Shown: positions 12,801-27,178, counted from the stretch's first letter. The stretch: 64,000 nt of DNA from Octopus vulgaris (GCA_951406725.2 OX597830.1:63302001-63366000); one strand, 5' to 3'. Notes: generated by a model from the letters alone, not told the origin. Translations and numbers: made by a program.

Positions 12801-15456
12801 TAATTTCTGTATTGTATAGTAGTAATAAGTGTTAGTGGAGGTGATTGTGATGTTAATAAGCAAGCAGCCAGCAGGACAAGCTATAGCGGGGATGGATTGG
12901 ACGACTGGGACTGGACCGACCCCGCATGGATGACTGACACTGGCCAAACAAGGTCAGGCAGATTATGAAATAAATGAATAGGCACAGAAGGAAACACTGT
13001 CAAAGTCCACTGGTAATGAGGGTAATGGTGACCGTAAGGGTAGTGTGGCTTTGGTGGTGGGCAAATCAATGCAGAGAGAGAGAGAGATTATTTGTATAAA
13101 TGGTTCTCAACCAGGGTTCATATAAGATTTTTTTGGGGTCCACACAGCAAAATAGTAAATTGGGAATCCACACCACAGTATTTTAAGGTCCCTAGAAGAA
13201 TATTTGCTTTTGGTGTGTATTGCAAATAACATAGGTTTCTTTCTTTAACATTTTACACAGTTCAGCCTACACAACAAGTTAATGTGTGAAAAACAAAAGA
13301 GGAATTTTGAAAGAAGCTTCTATAAAACTAGTTTTTAAACCAGCGAATGGCTATGGGGATCCACCAGCATAAAATAGTAATCAAAGAGGTCTACAGATGA
13401 AAAAATGGTTGGGAAACCCTAATTTAGATGATAAACTGAAGAAGATTTTACAAATTCTCAAGTCTGAAAGCTGAAAATTTTACATAATCCTAAACTGGAT
13501 GTTGGGTCACCAGAGATGGGGCCAGAAATTGTAATAAGTTTTTTCTTTTTTTTTAATTGTTTAGTCAAAAGGAGGGGCAATGCCCATAATCCTCTTCAGG
13601 GCTTCCAAGACTGAGAGAAGGTAGAAAAAGGAGTTGTTCTGAGATTCAAGACCTGACCTGAATGCTTGCAAAACAGGGAGCTTGGCTAAAGGTACTCAAG
13701 GACCAGATGGTGGTGTTAAACCACGTGACAGATTAAGTCTACCAACAAAGTAGCAGGCAACAGCAAGATTTGAACCCAGATACAAAGAGCCCTAACAGGT
13801 ACTGTATAGCATCCTGTCAGATGCTCTAAAGTTTTCTCCAATTCAGAGCACTATTGACCCTGGATAATGCTGACTGACCTTGAAAAAAATGAAATCAATT
13901 AACTGGGAATGGAACCTATAATTTAGCCTTGGCTTACCAGGGGCTTACTGACTCCTAGTTGAGGTTTGAAGAAGGGTACCTCACAGGACTGATCTCACAA
14001 GAGTGCAGTAGCAGCCAACTGAAGAGATCTAATCCAATGACATTTTCACATAGCTGCCTAGGCCCTAAAATCTGTGCTTGATGCATGAGGCCTTAGAAAT
14101 CAGCCATTGCATACTGATTAGGTCAACTTATTTGTCTCTGATAACCATTAATCTCATCTCCACTTAACATTAAAAAAACCCCCAAAAAAGGCAGTGAAGA
14201 GAACCAACATACAACAAATCCTGACTACCCAGACAAGATGGTTTCATTATGAATGTGAAATGTAGTCCCAAGTGAAGTCAAACTATGAATAATTTGAGAG
14301 TGCTGGAATTACGAGTTAGTTTGGAAGGTTATTAAATTGTTTAGCTCTAAAGAAGTTGAATGGCTGAGCGGATATGGCATTATTCTACAAGTTCTTAGGA
14401 GGTCTTTGGGATCAAATTCACTGTTACTCTTTGTTTATTTTAATTCTATACGTTAATGTAGTCACTGGATTTTTCGTTAATGTTACCTGCCAAATATACA
14501 AGTACCCTATCTAAGAGAAGATTTATCTATCTGCTTAAAACCATAAAATCAGAGCTAAACACTAGCCCTTGAAATCTCTCTAGTAGATTTATATTATATT
14601 AATCCTTGGAAAATGTTTCCTGATAGGATAAAGAAAGCCATTGCTTGCTCAACATCAGTGCATGCAAAAACATACAAATCAGTGATGGGACCTCAACATA
14701 AACTTTTGAATTTGCTGATACTGCAATGGAACATCTGCCTTCACCTCATTTCAACAATACAATCTAAACATAGTAGACCATTTAATAATGTTTCACACCT
14801 AAGCTCTACAACAAACCACTGAAATTTTTAAAGAGGTATTGTTAAATAGCAGTGATTGGTGAAAACTGGTGCCAATACTTGTCTCCTCTGGATATACCAA
14901 TTCATCACTGGAAAGAAGAGGACATTTATGTAGTTGTTATTGTAGCAGCCAACTTGCTCTTCTAAAACATTTGCTATTATTTCTAGAACAAGAATTATTT
15001 TAACTCACACTGTGCTGATGAAATTTTTGCTGTTGATGTAACATGCTATAACTATGGTCAGTAAAAATAAAATAAGGGTACTACATCTTACGAAAGTACT
15101 CACTATCAAAAATGAGTTAACTGGGTTCCTGTGTCTCAACAACACATGCACAGAATTGAATCAAAGTTCTTGAATAACAAGCCTACATTAAGACCTAAAA
15201 CCATTTAGAGGATTCTCACTGTGCTAAAAATCTGTGCTCATACAACTAGTGACTACCCAAGTATATGAAAAATATATGAAAAGATCCACCCATCTTCTTA
15301 GCCAACTATTCCTGTGATGGTTGGGGGGACAGAGTTCTGAGATACACCCTCCAAAGGGTCCCATTTCAAGTAACCATTAGCAAATATTCCAGCTGAATTT
15401 CCAAGTTAGACCAACCAAAGCTACAGATGTTATCCAACCATCTCACTCTCACTCTA

Positions 15457-15756
<300 letters not shown>

Positions 15757-16859
15757 TTATTACAAATGTAACTCTGCTGAAGATAGGGTCTTTGGATTCA
15801 TTTGTACAGTATTTTTAGTAATTATATCTGTTAATTCACACCAGGAAGTTCGGCATCATGGGTGACATATCCCACCTCCCTCCACAAGAATATGAAGAGG
15901 GAAATATTGTGACCAAACAAGTAGAAAGATAAAGATAAAATATACAAGGAATTCATACAATCATCATCTTAAAATTATTTTTTGAAATACTTTCTTGGCA
16001 AAATCATTCATGGAAACTTGCAGAAAGAATTTCTCTTCTAAAACCTCTCTTCAGACATTTTATTATTATTACAATGAGCTGGATAAAGAGAAACAAAGTG
16101 GTTCAAACAATAATTTGGCGTGTTTAGAGACGACTTGCTGATCTTGAGAAAACCTGTCATGCTAAGTGAAACTGTGGCCATGGCCAGTGTTGGTGACATG
16201 TAATAGACACCCAGTACGCTCTGTAGAGTGGTTGATGTTAGGAAGAGCTATAGAAACCAAGTCAAAACAGATGAATGGAGTCTGGTGCAGGTCTCTGGGT
16301 TATCAGCTGCAGTCAAACTGCCTAACTTGTGCCAGAATGAAAAACAGATGTGAATGATGATTGCTGGAAGAGTTTGAAATGACATTAGTCTAAGTGACAA
16401 TGAGAATGAAGAGGCATTCAACTAGATGGGACAGGGTGAGTTTTGGCACCTGAGAGCCAGCAGATGTGCAGCTATAAATTTCAGTGTAAAGAAAGCAATT
16501 AAGTTTCATGGAGATGGAAAAAACATCAAAATAAGTCAGTGCTGTTTGATATACCAGTTCTTGTAGAAAGGTGCTACTATGCAGTAATTACTTCATGATT
16601 TGGTTGCACATCATTTTATAAGACAGATGGAATGGATTTTTAATTACCAACCAATTAATGTGAAATGTTAAAATGCAACTGATGGGAAAGCAATGCACTC
16701 TGATTCTGTATCAGGAAATGGTACTACTGATGCCCTTTTTAAAGTGAGACAACTGTAGATGGAGTGAGTCCCTGTGTCTAGCATTCGTTGAATTACAGTA
16801 GGTCATTGACATGGTTCCAAAGTATGCAACTGATAGTCACTATAGAAACTTAGGGTGGT

Positions 16860-17980
16860 AGCTAGAATGGCTTGAGGAGTGCGGTTAGCAAAGTGAGAAT
16901 TAGTTATGAGTTCAATGACCGATTTAGTTATTACATAAAGCTTCACGAGGGTTCAAGTCTAATTCCCTTCTTGTTTATGATAGTTTATTAGTCCTCCAGG
17001 CCATAACAGAGGAATTTAAAATTGACTGCCTGTGAGCACGCAATGAAGCTGATGGCCTAATTCTTACAGGTGAATCTATAGAATATCAAGAGAGGAACTC
17101 TAGGCATGGATTCAAAACTTAGTAAGAATGAAAGAAGATGAGGTCCTGATAGCACCAGGAAAACTGATGTGGCAGAAAATATGTGAGGAGAGACCAGAAC
17201 AGGTTAACACAGAAGGGAAACTTTGTATGCAATAGAGAACAAGTAGTAGGTAGTAAGAGTACATGGGAAATAGATTTTTCAAATGTCTAAAAAGGTCTCT
17301 CTCTCTGCAACTATTTAATAGGTTTTGTTACCTAAATAACTTAATTAACAGAAGAGGTGAGTGTTCTGACAGCAGATTAGTCAAAGTACAGGGTGCTATT
17401 ATCTCTACAAGCAACAATGGAATTCTTTCTTTGAGTAAAGGGGAGATTGTGTGATGCTTGTGTACACAGTATGATGTTGCATGGTGGTGAAATGTGAGCC
17501 TGAATGGAAAAGATTTGCAGAAACTAGAGAGATATGAAGTGAGTATACTTCAATGGATGTGTAACATTACTGTGCATGAATGACAGAACAAATGAGCTGA
17601 GAGAAAAACTGGTTAGGAGGAATCAGATGTAAGAGAGAAGACTGTGCTGGTACAGGTATGTGATGCATTTAGGTGTATAAAAGAATGCTGAGCATGTGGA
17701 GGAGAGAATTCTAGGAAGACATTTAGTGAAACATGTGGAAGAGAGAATTCTAGGAAGACATTTGGTGAAACATGTGGAAGAGAGAATTCTAGGAAGATAT
17801 TTGATGGAATATGTGGAAGAGAGAATTCTAAGAAGACATCTGGTGAAGTAGCAAAGACTAATTACAAGAAAAATGAAAGAGATAAAGGGATTGTAATGAA
17901 TGAAGGCATACAGTGCTGTAAAATATCCACCCACCTGTTCAAGAATGTCAAAATGGACATTAAAATGGTGAAGGTGATGA
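16860..17980 (+). mobile_element. Heavily degraded RTE-clade LINE (RT, C-terminus and 3' tail)
   Basis: Frameshifted remnants resembling LHQGS.LSP.LF.IV, LQAITEEFK..CPWE..ADDL, FCYL..LI, MLHG.E.W, WMCNI, ELREKL, ERRL.WY..VM and CGR..RKT. Ends ...AAAATGGACATTAAAATGGTG. Confidence 0.75.
17690..17845 (+). repeat. 39-bp tandem repeat x4 inside the RTE relic
   Basis: Unit AAACATGTGGAAGAGAGAATTCTAGGAAGACATTTGGTG with a few substitutions per copy. Confidence 0.95.
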
Positions 17981-19499
17981 AAGGTGGATGTACAGAAGAT
18001 CAACATTTGGATCTCTTCTTCATTATGTTCCTGTTTAGTCTATCTACTACCCCCTTTCCCTCAGTATTCTTTCACCTATCACTTATCCTCTCTCCAATTT
18101 ACTGCACCAGGTCACTTGTATAATAGGATATGGCATAAGGTGTGTCCGTATTGAGAACCCCCTACCATCATTCTTCTGTATTGCTTAACCAAATGACTCT
18201 CCTTGTTCTGGGTCACTCATAGCTTGTTATCTTATCATTGCTCTTCTCTCATGCATTGTCTTCCAACAACTCCACTATTCCTTCCTATCAATCTCTCTTT
18301 GCCCTCATACTGCTTGTGCTGTTTTTATACTCAATATCCTTTACCAAAAAAGAACATGAATCTGCCGTCAAAGTCTCTCTTCTGTTCCTCTCCTCAGCCA
18401 CCACCCTCTCATCTCTATCACTGTTTCTCCCATCATACACTCTCCTCTTTCACCCTCACACTTTGGTTCTCTCTGACATCACTCTCTCATTCAACACAAC
18501 ACGACTCTCTTGAATGAATGGAAGTAATGCTAAGTAGTGAGAACTCTTTAGTCTTGCAGAGGACAAAGACAACCTCTTCAGTTTTGGTGCCACATTAAAA
18601 TGCACTCAATACACACTATAAAGTGGCTGGGAAAAGTAAGTGCATCAAAGGGAAGCCATACCAAAATGATACATTCAAGTAAGAAGGTCAGTATGTTTAA
18701 ACAAGAACTGGCTTGGACTATGATGACCTGTGCAACCCATGCTAGTTTCAAAGGCGAATGTAAAATGATGAACCTATGAATGATAGGTATTCATCTTAGG
18801 AATGATAGCTATCCTTCTAGACAAGTCAGAGACCACTTCTTACTTGAATGTTTCATTTTGGATGAATTTTCTTCAGTTTCCAGCTTTCATAATGAAAACA
18901 TGAATTAGCTGGATTGTCACTTCATAAACTTATAAACTCATGGACACACACACATACATAGGTATATACACAGAATTTATAGAGGCTCATTTGTATAGAT
19001 ATATATATATATTCTCTATTCTGCAAATTCTATTTGCTTGTATGTAATGCACTCCATTTGTGCCTTTTGTACAGAGATAAGCGGTTTGCTATCAACTGAG
19101 TTAAGTTTTCTGAACTACTTACACCATTTCTACAGACTAACTTGCATCGAGATATACTGTTTATATAAACTTCTACACACACACACATTATAGAGACTTT
19201 CTTGCTTTATACTTCGGCTCAATGAATGTTCTGTAATAATGAAACATTCCAACTTCATCCAATTTTCCTCGTCATTTCATGAACATTGAAACCTCTTTTT
19301 GGATTACATAGATTGATTAACCAAGTCCCACCCATGCCAACATGGAAGGTAGACGTTGAATGATGATGATAATGATCATTTCATAAGATTGAACATTATT
19401 TCTATTTTTCCATTTAGACTAGAGACAACCATCCCATTTTCTAGAGAATAAAATAGATTTCTGTTAAACAGCAGCCTGTGTTTTGTCACATAGTCATGA

Positions 19500-20570
19500 A
19501 TATCTATTTTCTACATCTCCAAAGTAGTTTTAGAGAAATTATACAGAGGTAAACAAGATTTGTGTACAAGAGTGAAGTTACAGAGGTCACAGGTTGATGA
19601 ATGAAATTTATAAAAGTGGTAAGAGATGAGACAGAGAGGCTGAGTGCAAAAGAATACAAACCAAGTAATTTGGCATTGGTACTATGATATGGAACTAATG
19701 ATGCAAAATTTCTGAGAAATAAATCTTTGCAAACAAAAACTAACTCTACTTTGTATGTTTTGACCAAAAGAAGGCTTTCCAAAGGATCCCAATCTCTGTT
19801 ATTTGATGGGGCAAATATGAAAGCTAGGCTTAAATCAATGGTTAATGAAAACTTTATATATATGAAAGTGCTAAAAAGACAGAAAAGAGTAGGATTGGTA
19901 GTGAACATGATAAACTTAATGTACAAGTAGGTTCTATCTATCCCCTCTTCTTTGTTATAGATGAGTTCAGAAGGAGATGGTCTTGGAAACTATTGGATGT
20001 TGATGACCATTGTACAATAGAATTTATTGGAAAGCGGTGGAAACAAACATAAATTTCAGAAGAATCAAATAGCCTAATGACTAATATAGCAGGAAGAAAA
20101 CTGCTGCAAAGTTTTAAGGTAAAACCAAAATCACGTAGCACTTAGGATTAGGCCTTAATTAATCTGTAGGGAGGAAATAAGTAGGAGTTCAATAACCTGT
20201 ATTTAGTGCACACCATGAGCATGTGAGTGCAGTGAGGTTTGTGGCAGATATACAAAGAACAGTATCAGCTGCAGTAAATATAATGGAGAAATTAAGAAGC
20301 TGCAGTAACAGAATGAAAATCACAAAGTGCTCAAATAGTTATCTAGAAGTAACAAGTAAGGTGTGATATCCAGATAATGTGTGCAATTAGTCATACAAAA
20401 AGTACTAGCAACAATAAAGTGACCTGGGGATGAATGATATAAAAGTTGAGAAGACTGTTTCCTCATTTGGTAACAAACAGTTTGCTTTGTATAAAAGGTA
20501 GCTGATATAAAGGTTGTTGAAAGTATAATGCTATAATGCCAGTGAAGTAATTGCAATGCACACCATATAC
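19500..20570 (+). mobile_element. Second highly degraded RTE-like LINE RT relic
   Basis: Remnants resembling D..KAF.R.P (about 19760-19790) and WKLL.VDD (W.LLYADD-like, about 19984-20008), plus a Cys-containing segment near 20180-20230. Confidence 0.55.
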
Positions 20571-21819
20571 ACTGACTGCAAAGGAATACAGACCATGAGG
20601 AGAGAATTTATGTGGCCACTCAAGATGCAAGAAATAGCAGTCATATTACAAACATTGTCTTAAAAACAAAGAACATATTAATTAATGCAGTTGTAAATAC
20701 ACTGTATCTGAAGATAAGATATAAAACAGTCACAATGGGAACATTTTTTTTATTGTAGGTCAGCCCAGTTAGGGTTGATTTGGAATTGAGTAAGAACTGG
20801 AGAGGGATGAATTAAGAATAGTTCACTGGGTGTTCAATATTCAATCACAAGAAAGTCTGAGCAGAAACTGCTGAAGCAGTGAAGGTGAAGAGATCAACAT
20901 AAGAGAGAATGAACATACTGATTTCAGTATGTAATGTAAACAGATGGCATATGCAAGGTGGAAAAATCCTTCAAGTAGATTTTTGAGGGTCTGTATATGC
21001 TACCTTAATATTTTGAAAGAAACTGCACTAATTAAGCAATGAGGTTGATTTAATTGACTTCCCACTTCACAAATTTCTGGCCTTATGCCTATGTTAAAAA
21101 CAATTATTATTGTTATGATCATTATTCTAATAAGGAAAGCATTATTATGATTATTCTTTGAACTATTTTAATGTCCAATTTTCTATGGCTGGATGCTTTC
21201 CCTGCTACCAACACTTACTGGTTTGCAAGTAAGAAAATATTTCCTTATAAGCAGACGTGGTTTGATCAAAGATCGAAAACAAACAACAGTGTTTGTATGA
21301 CAGTGATGCTCATTTACAACTGTTGTGCTATGCCAGGAGAAAGAGTCACAAACACACACACACACACAAAAGCACAGTGCGTGGTTGTGTGAGGGACTTC
21401 CTTTTGTTTGTGTCTACCAAATCTACTCACAAGGCTTTTGTTGGCCCACGGCTGACTAAAGTAGCAGGCACTTGCTCAAGGGCCCATGCAGTGATCTGAA
21501 CCCCAAAATCACATGATTGGGAAGCAAAGTTCTTACCCAGAAAGCCATACCCTATAAATATGTAAATGCATATTTTCACTGGCTAAAAGACAAATGTGCC
21601 TTTCATCCTTTTGGGGCTGATAAAATAAAGTACCAGTCAAACACGAGGATTGATGTAACTGATTTACTCCTCAAAATTATTGGTCTTGTGCCAAATTACA
21701 AAGAATTATAAATTATGCTGGACAAATGCTTGGCAGCATTTCGTCAGTCTTTACATTCTGAAGGCTAATGCTGCTGAGGTTGACTTTGCCTTTCATCCTT
21801 TCAGGGTTGATAAATTAAG

Positions 21820-22709
21820 GGTCAAACTCCAGTGTTTGACCTGAGCAAAAACGTAAAAAAAAAAAAAAGTGTAATAGGTATAAAACAACATGTAGTAAAT
21901 GAATTTGAAAATAAAAATGCGTGCTGGCGAACAGGGGTTGGAGTGAGGACTTGGAACATTCATATTCGTTTACTGCATGTTGTTTTACACCTATTACACT
22001 ATTTTTCTTTCATTTTTGTGACTGGGTGTCAAGTGGGGTTACTGGATTGCGTGAATTATCTGAGTCCGCACCCGCCGTCACAAAAATTGAAAATAAAGTA
22101 GTGTACTAGGTGTAAAATAATGTGTAGTAAACGAATATGAAGAAAAAAAAATTTGCCACCGAACAGGGAAGTGGTGAGAGGACTTGGAACATTCCCAATG
22201 TGAATTTTCCGAGTCCTCTACCTTGTCCCCCCATTCGCCAGTGTGCATTTTTTATTTTCATATTCGTTTACTACTTTGTGGTAAGTAGTTTGCTAACCAG
22301 CCACATGGTTCTGGGTTCAGTCCTACTGTGTGGCACCTTGGGTGAGTGTCTTCTACTATAGCCTCGGGCTGACCAAAACCTTGTGAGTGGATTTGGTAGA
22401 TGGAAACTGAAAGAAGCCCATCGTATGTATATATATGTGTGTGTGTTTGTGTCCTTGTTTGTCCCCCCAACATCACTTGACAACCAATGCTGGTGTGTTT
22501 ACGTCCCAGTAACTTAGCAGTTCGGCAAAAGAGACCGATAGAATAAGTACTAGGTTTACAAAGATTAAGTCCTGGGGTTGATTTGCTTGACTAAAGGCGG
22601 TGCTCCAGCATGGCTGCAGTCAAATGACTTTAACAAGTAAAAGAACACATGTTGTTTTACACCTATTGCACTATTTTTTTTTGCTCCAGTCAAACACTGG
22701 AGTTTGACC
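21820..22709. mobile_element. Foldback-type non-autonomous DNA transposon (Merlin- or MULE-like) with 8-bp TSD
   Basis: TIRs GGTCAAACTCCAGTGTTTGAC... / ...GTCAAACACTGGAGTTTGACC. TSD is AAATTAAG (21812-21819) / AAATCAAG (22710-22717). Internal inverted modules present. Superfamily inferred only from GG termini and TSD length. Confidence 0.85.
22276..22643 (+). mobile_element. Family-B SINE (tail type 1) nested in the right arm of the foldback element
   Basis: TGTGGTAAGTAGTTTGC...GGTTCAGTCC...ACCTTGGGTGAGTGTCTTC...(TA)(TG)...GGCGGTGCTCCAGCATGGCTGCAGTC...ACAAGTAAAAG interrupts CGTTTACTAC|ATGTTGTTTTAC. Confidence 0.85.
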
Positions 22710-23267
22710 AAATCAAGTACCAGTGAAACACTGTGGTTGATGAACTGGTCCCCTCCCCCAAAATATCAGGCCTTGTGCCTTTAGTAGAAAGGATTATTAT
22801 TACTTTTCTGGCCTTGTGCTAAAAATTTAAAAGAAGGCTGCGAGCTGGCAAAATTGTTAGCATGCTGGGCAAAATGCTTTGTGGTATTTTGTCCATCCTT
22901 ATGTTTGAGTTCAAATTCTGCCAAGGTTAACTTTGCCTTTCATCCTTTCGGGGCTGATAAAATAAGTACCAGTTGAACACTGGGGTTGATGTAATTGACT
23001 TATCTCTCCCTGGCCTTGTGCCAAAATGTGAAACCATTATTATAATTATTATTATAATAAAGGTGGTGAGTTGGCAGAATCGTTAGCATGCTGGGCAAAA
23101 TGCTTAGCAGTATTTCATCTGCTGCTATGCTCTGAGTTCAAATTCTGCCATGGTTGACTTTGTCTTTCATCCTTTCGATAAATTAAGTACCAGTTGTGTA
23201 CTGGGGCGGATCTAATTGAATGGCCCCCTTCCCCAAAATATCAGGCCTTGTGCCAATAGCAGAAAGG

Positions 23268-23303
<36 letters not shown>

Positions 23304-23763
23304 GCTGTTGTTACTGGAGAACTGAATTGGCAGAATTAATATAGGATCAAAACACTTTGCAGAATTTGTTCTGATTCTTTATATTCTGAGTTCAAATCCC
23401 ACCAAGGTCAAATCTGTTTTTTTCCCCCCTTAAAGTGCCAATCAAGCCCTGGTGTTGAAGGTACTAAATCCATCACCCAAAATTTCAAGCCTTATACCTA
23501 CATCAGAAACACAATTACTATTACTAAAACTGTTATTACTAGGATGTAGGGGTAAGTTTCTTGTAAAAACAAGAGATAATAAATATGATAGGAAAGCAAG
23601 GTTTGCTATTTTAGCCAAATGATCACCACTTTTAGTAGCCTATAAGTGTGTCTGGTATTTGAGTGTGCGATGCCTGGCTAAATTAAATCTTGCTTCTGGT
23701 ATGGATGGTTGGTTGGTTGGTCCAAAATGAAACAACATGGAAGTGACGGCAGCACTAGTAGAC

Positions 23764-24036
23764 ATCATCATCATCATCATTTAATATCCGTTTTCCATGC
23801 TGACATGGGTTGGATGGTTCGACTGGGGTCTGGCTGTACCAGGCCCCAATCTGATCTGGCAGTGTTGCTACAGCTGGATGCCCTTCATAATGCCAACCAC
23901 TCTGAGAGTGTAGTGGGTATTTGCTACGTGTCACCGGTACAGAGGCCAGAGGAGCTGGCATTGACCATGATCGAATGGTGCATTTTATGTGCCACTGGCA
24001 TGGAAGCTAGTCAAGGCGGCACTGGCATCGGCCACG
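23764..24036 (-). mobile_element. 5'-truncated RTE LINE 3' UTR
   Basis: (CAT)n followed by the reverse complement of the RTE tail. Similar copies at about 25585-25750 and 29510-29830. Confidence 0.8.
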
Positions 24037-27000
24037 TGTGCATGAGAATGCCTCCAAGGAGGCGATACTGTTTGTTCAGTCTGCTGGTTCATTGAGAGAA
24101 CTTGCTGAGCAGCCAGCATTGACATGAGCGAAAGAACTATGTGTTCTAAAGTTCTAAAGTGAAGAAAGGCAAACTCTCTAGTGAGAAATGGTGACTGTCA
24201 TACTTTACACAAATGCCAAACTGGAAGCAGAAGGAAACGTTCCATTCTAACCAATCGCAGAGAACAACACAAAAGGTGCAACGACATAAAGTCAACTGAG
24301 TCAACTTTGAAATGGAGAAATGTATATTTGCATGTAAGCCAATGTCAAACACAGAGCTGCTACACTATGATATTTTGAGGAAGTCTGTGAAGGCATGTAG
24401 CATAGTGGTTAGAGTACTGCATTCACATGATTGTAAGATTGTGGTTTCAATTCCTGGACAAGGAAACACTTCATTTCACATTGCTTCTGTTCACTCAGCT
24501 GAAAATGAGTAACCTGTAACAGACTGGCACTTCATTCACTTGAGGAACGTTGTGATCTCAGTTACTTATACGCCATGGAAACTGGATAACCAGCCCTATG
24601 AGTCCTGGGACTTGAGACAGTATTGTCCAGGGGATTAATGTTGATGATGATGATGATGAAAGAAACAAAGGTTTGACAGTAAATTCCTATTTGCTGCTAC
24701 CCTAAAACAGAGCTATTTTATCTGGTGGGGAAAAGAAAACCATAATTATTATCATAGTCTAAACACTGGTAATCCAAAGGGTTGCTAAACACCTGAAACA
24801 ATTTTGAGTATTAAAGGTGCAGAATTATTAGTGAAGCATATCTAGAGGAGCATGGTTATTTAAGGCTAAAACTCACTCATTTCCGACTAAACATCAATGC
24901 AATAACTAATATTCACTAAACACATATTTCAATTACAGATTAAATATCATGACTGTACCAATATAATATGACTGAATTTTTATTATCTTTTCTCAATTTC
25001 ATTAAGTATTTTCATCAGATTTCTTTAAATATTTCTTATTTATAGTACAAAGCAGTACTGACACAAAAGAACAACAGAATTATTATTTTTTAATCCAGAA
25101 ATTTTTTAAGTACATAATTTAATTATATATTTTTGAAAGTACATGATAAGGTGTTGATAAGTTACCAGTGATATGATAAATTTGCTGATCTCTGCTCTAA
25201 ATGCAATGTTCAACAGCATTTAGTTTCATCTCTCTATATTATGACAGCAAATCATGTTGGGTAATAATTTGCTTTGTTGTTATTGTTGTTTAACCCTATC
25301 CACCCTGATCAACCCCAATTGAGCATAATTATGATTGATGGCATTCCAGTTGTGACTGTCCTGTCTTTTAATATCTCTAAAACAACTTTGTCAAATGTGT
25401 CCTGTCATTTGTGTGAAGATGGTAGGGTGTAATTTGATGGCATTAGGCTAATGTCTCTAGCAGGACAGGCAGACTGTGGTTGGGTTCTCTTGTTACTGTT
25501 TATCCCTGTACTAGTAATATACTGTGTTAATGATATTCCACCTTCAATTTTTTATCATCATCATCAGCATTCATTCATTCATTCAGCATCCACTTTCCAT
25601 GCTGGTATGGGTTAGATGGTTAGACTGGAACTGGTAAGCCAGAGAGCTGTACCAGGTTCCAGTCTGATTTTGGCTTGGTTTCTACGAATGGATGCCCTTC
25701 CTAATGCCAACCACTCCAAGAATGTTGCAGGTGCCTTTAATGTGTCACCGTAATTATCATTATTATTCTTAAGGAAGCAAACTGATAGACTTTTTACTCT
25801 GTTGGATAAAATGCTTAGCAGCATTTCTTCCGACTTTACATTCAACTTTGGTCAAATTTGCCTTTCATCCTTTTGGAGTTGAAATAAGTAGCAGTTGATC
25901 ACTGGGGTCGATGTAATTCACTCACCCTGCTTCCCTGAAATTGGTGGGCTTGTGCCAAAATTTGAAACCATTATCATTATTATTCTTCAAGAGGTCACAA
26001 ACTAAGATGTGTCTCACAATGCTGTGTCAGGAATCTCTGCCTACCCATGAGCTTTGGTAGACCCTCAGTTCCATGTTTTATGTTCCTGCCAAGAGCTTCA
26101 ATATAGTTGAGTAACCTTTTGTCTTCTATTAGGGTGCAAAAGCCCACCTTATGTCAAGCATCAATAATACAAAAAGGTGGAATGTGTCCATAAATCACTG
26201 CTGAAACTACCTTTTGCCCATCCCCACCCAGGAACACTAAAACATAACTAGTAGAAGGCAAATGGGGAAAGGGGTTAAGGCACTGGATGAAATGCCTTGC
26301 AGTAATTATCTTTGCTTCTTGTGATGAGTTCAAATCTTGCCTTTCATTCTTCCAAGGCCAACGAAGTGCCTACCTAGGTTGGTGGATTGATGGAATTGTT
26401 AGAGTGATAGACGGGATATCTTAAGGTATTTATTCTGGCTGTTGACATTCTGAGTTCAAATCCTGCTGTGGCCAACTTGGGTGGCAAATTTAATTTGTTG
26501 CCTGGTTTAACACTACTCTTATTGGGGTTTTTAGATGCTTTTGGTGAAGTCCATTCCATTTCAGGCATTTGGGGATACTTTTCTTCTCCCCTATCCAAGG
26601 GGCCCTGCAAAGGATTTTGGACACTGCCCTTTCTCCTGACCTAGCAATTAAAAACAATACTGAAATTTTCAATTAACAAGCTGTCTGGCAAAAAACAAAA
26701 GTGTCAGGAATTTGTTTAATCAGTTTGATACCAATCCACCTGAGACTGCCCCTGGTTCTATGATATAAACCTCCTGTTTATAAGTGGCCCCCGTTAAATC
26801 CAGACATCAAAATTTCATACTAATCTATGTTCCAAACAGCAGATTAAATAATGACAAAATTATCATACTAAATTCATTATATACAGAATTAATTAATTAA
26901 TTGAAAGGCAGTGTATGTGAACAGAAATATAGTAACAACAGGGTTAAAAGAATTATCTTTATTTTAATTCCCTCCTTTACCAAACCCCCAACACTATTCA

Positions 27001-27178
27001 TAAGTGTTTGAAGTACATATTAACTGCTATGATATAAATGTACAATGTTTATTAAAAAATCTTTAAACATCATTTTAAAAATTAATTGAAACAAAAGCAG
27101 TGTCTGTCAATAGGAATATTGTAACAAAAGAATTTAAATGATTTTCAGGGGATGAAAATTTTATATTAAGCAGGTATT

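Larger units (their letters stand above)
21590..23530 (+). mobile_element. Tandem cluster of about 5 family-A SINEs, one interrupted by a foldback element
   Basis: Units at about 21590, 21716 (resumes at 22710), 22836, 23060 and 23315, each ending in (ATT)n-like sequence. Confidence 0.85.

Noticed and set aside
17690-17845. Regular 39-bp repeats as a possible CRISPR-like array
   Set aside because: Contiguous tandem units with no unique spacers, in a eukaryotic LINE relic, with no cas genes.
24297-24303. AP-1 sites (TGAGTCA/TGACTCA) at about 7997, 24297, 33513, 37798, 61407 and 61593, suggesting JNK-Jun autoregulation
   Set aside because: About this many 7-mers are expected by chance in 64 kb of this composition, and they do not cluster.
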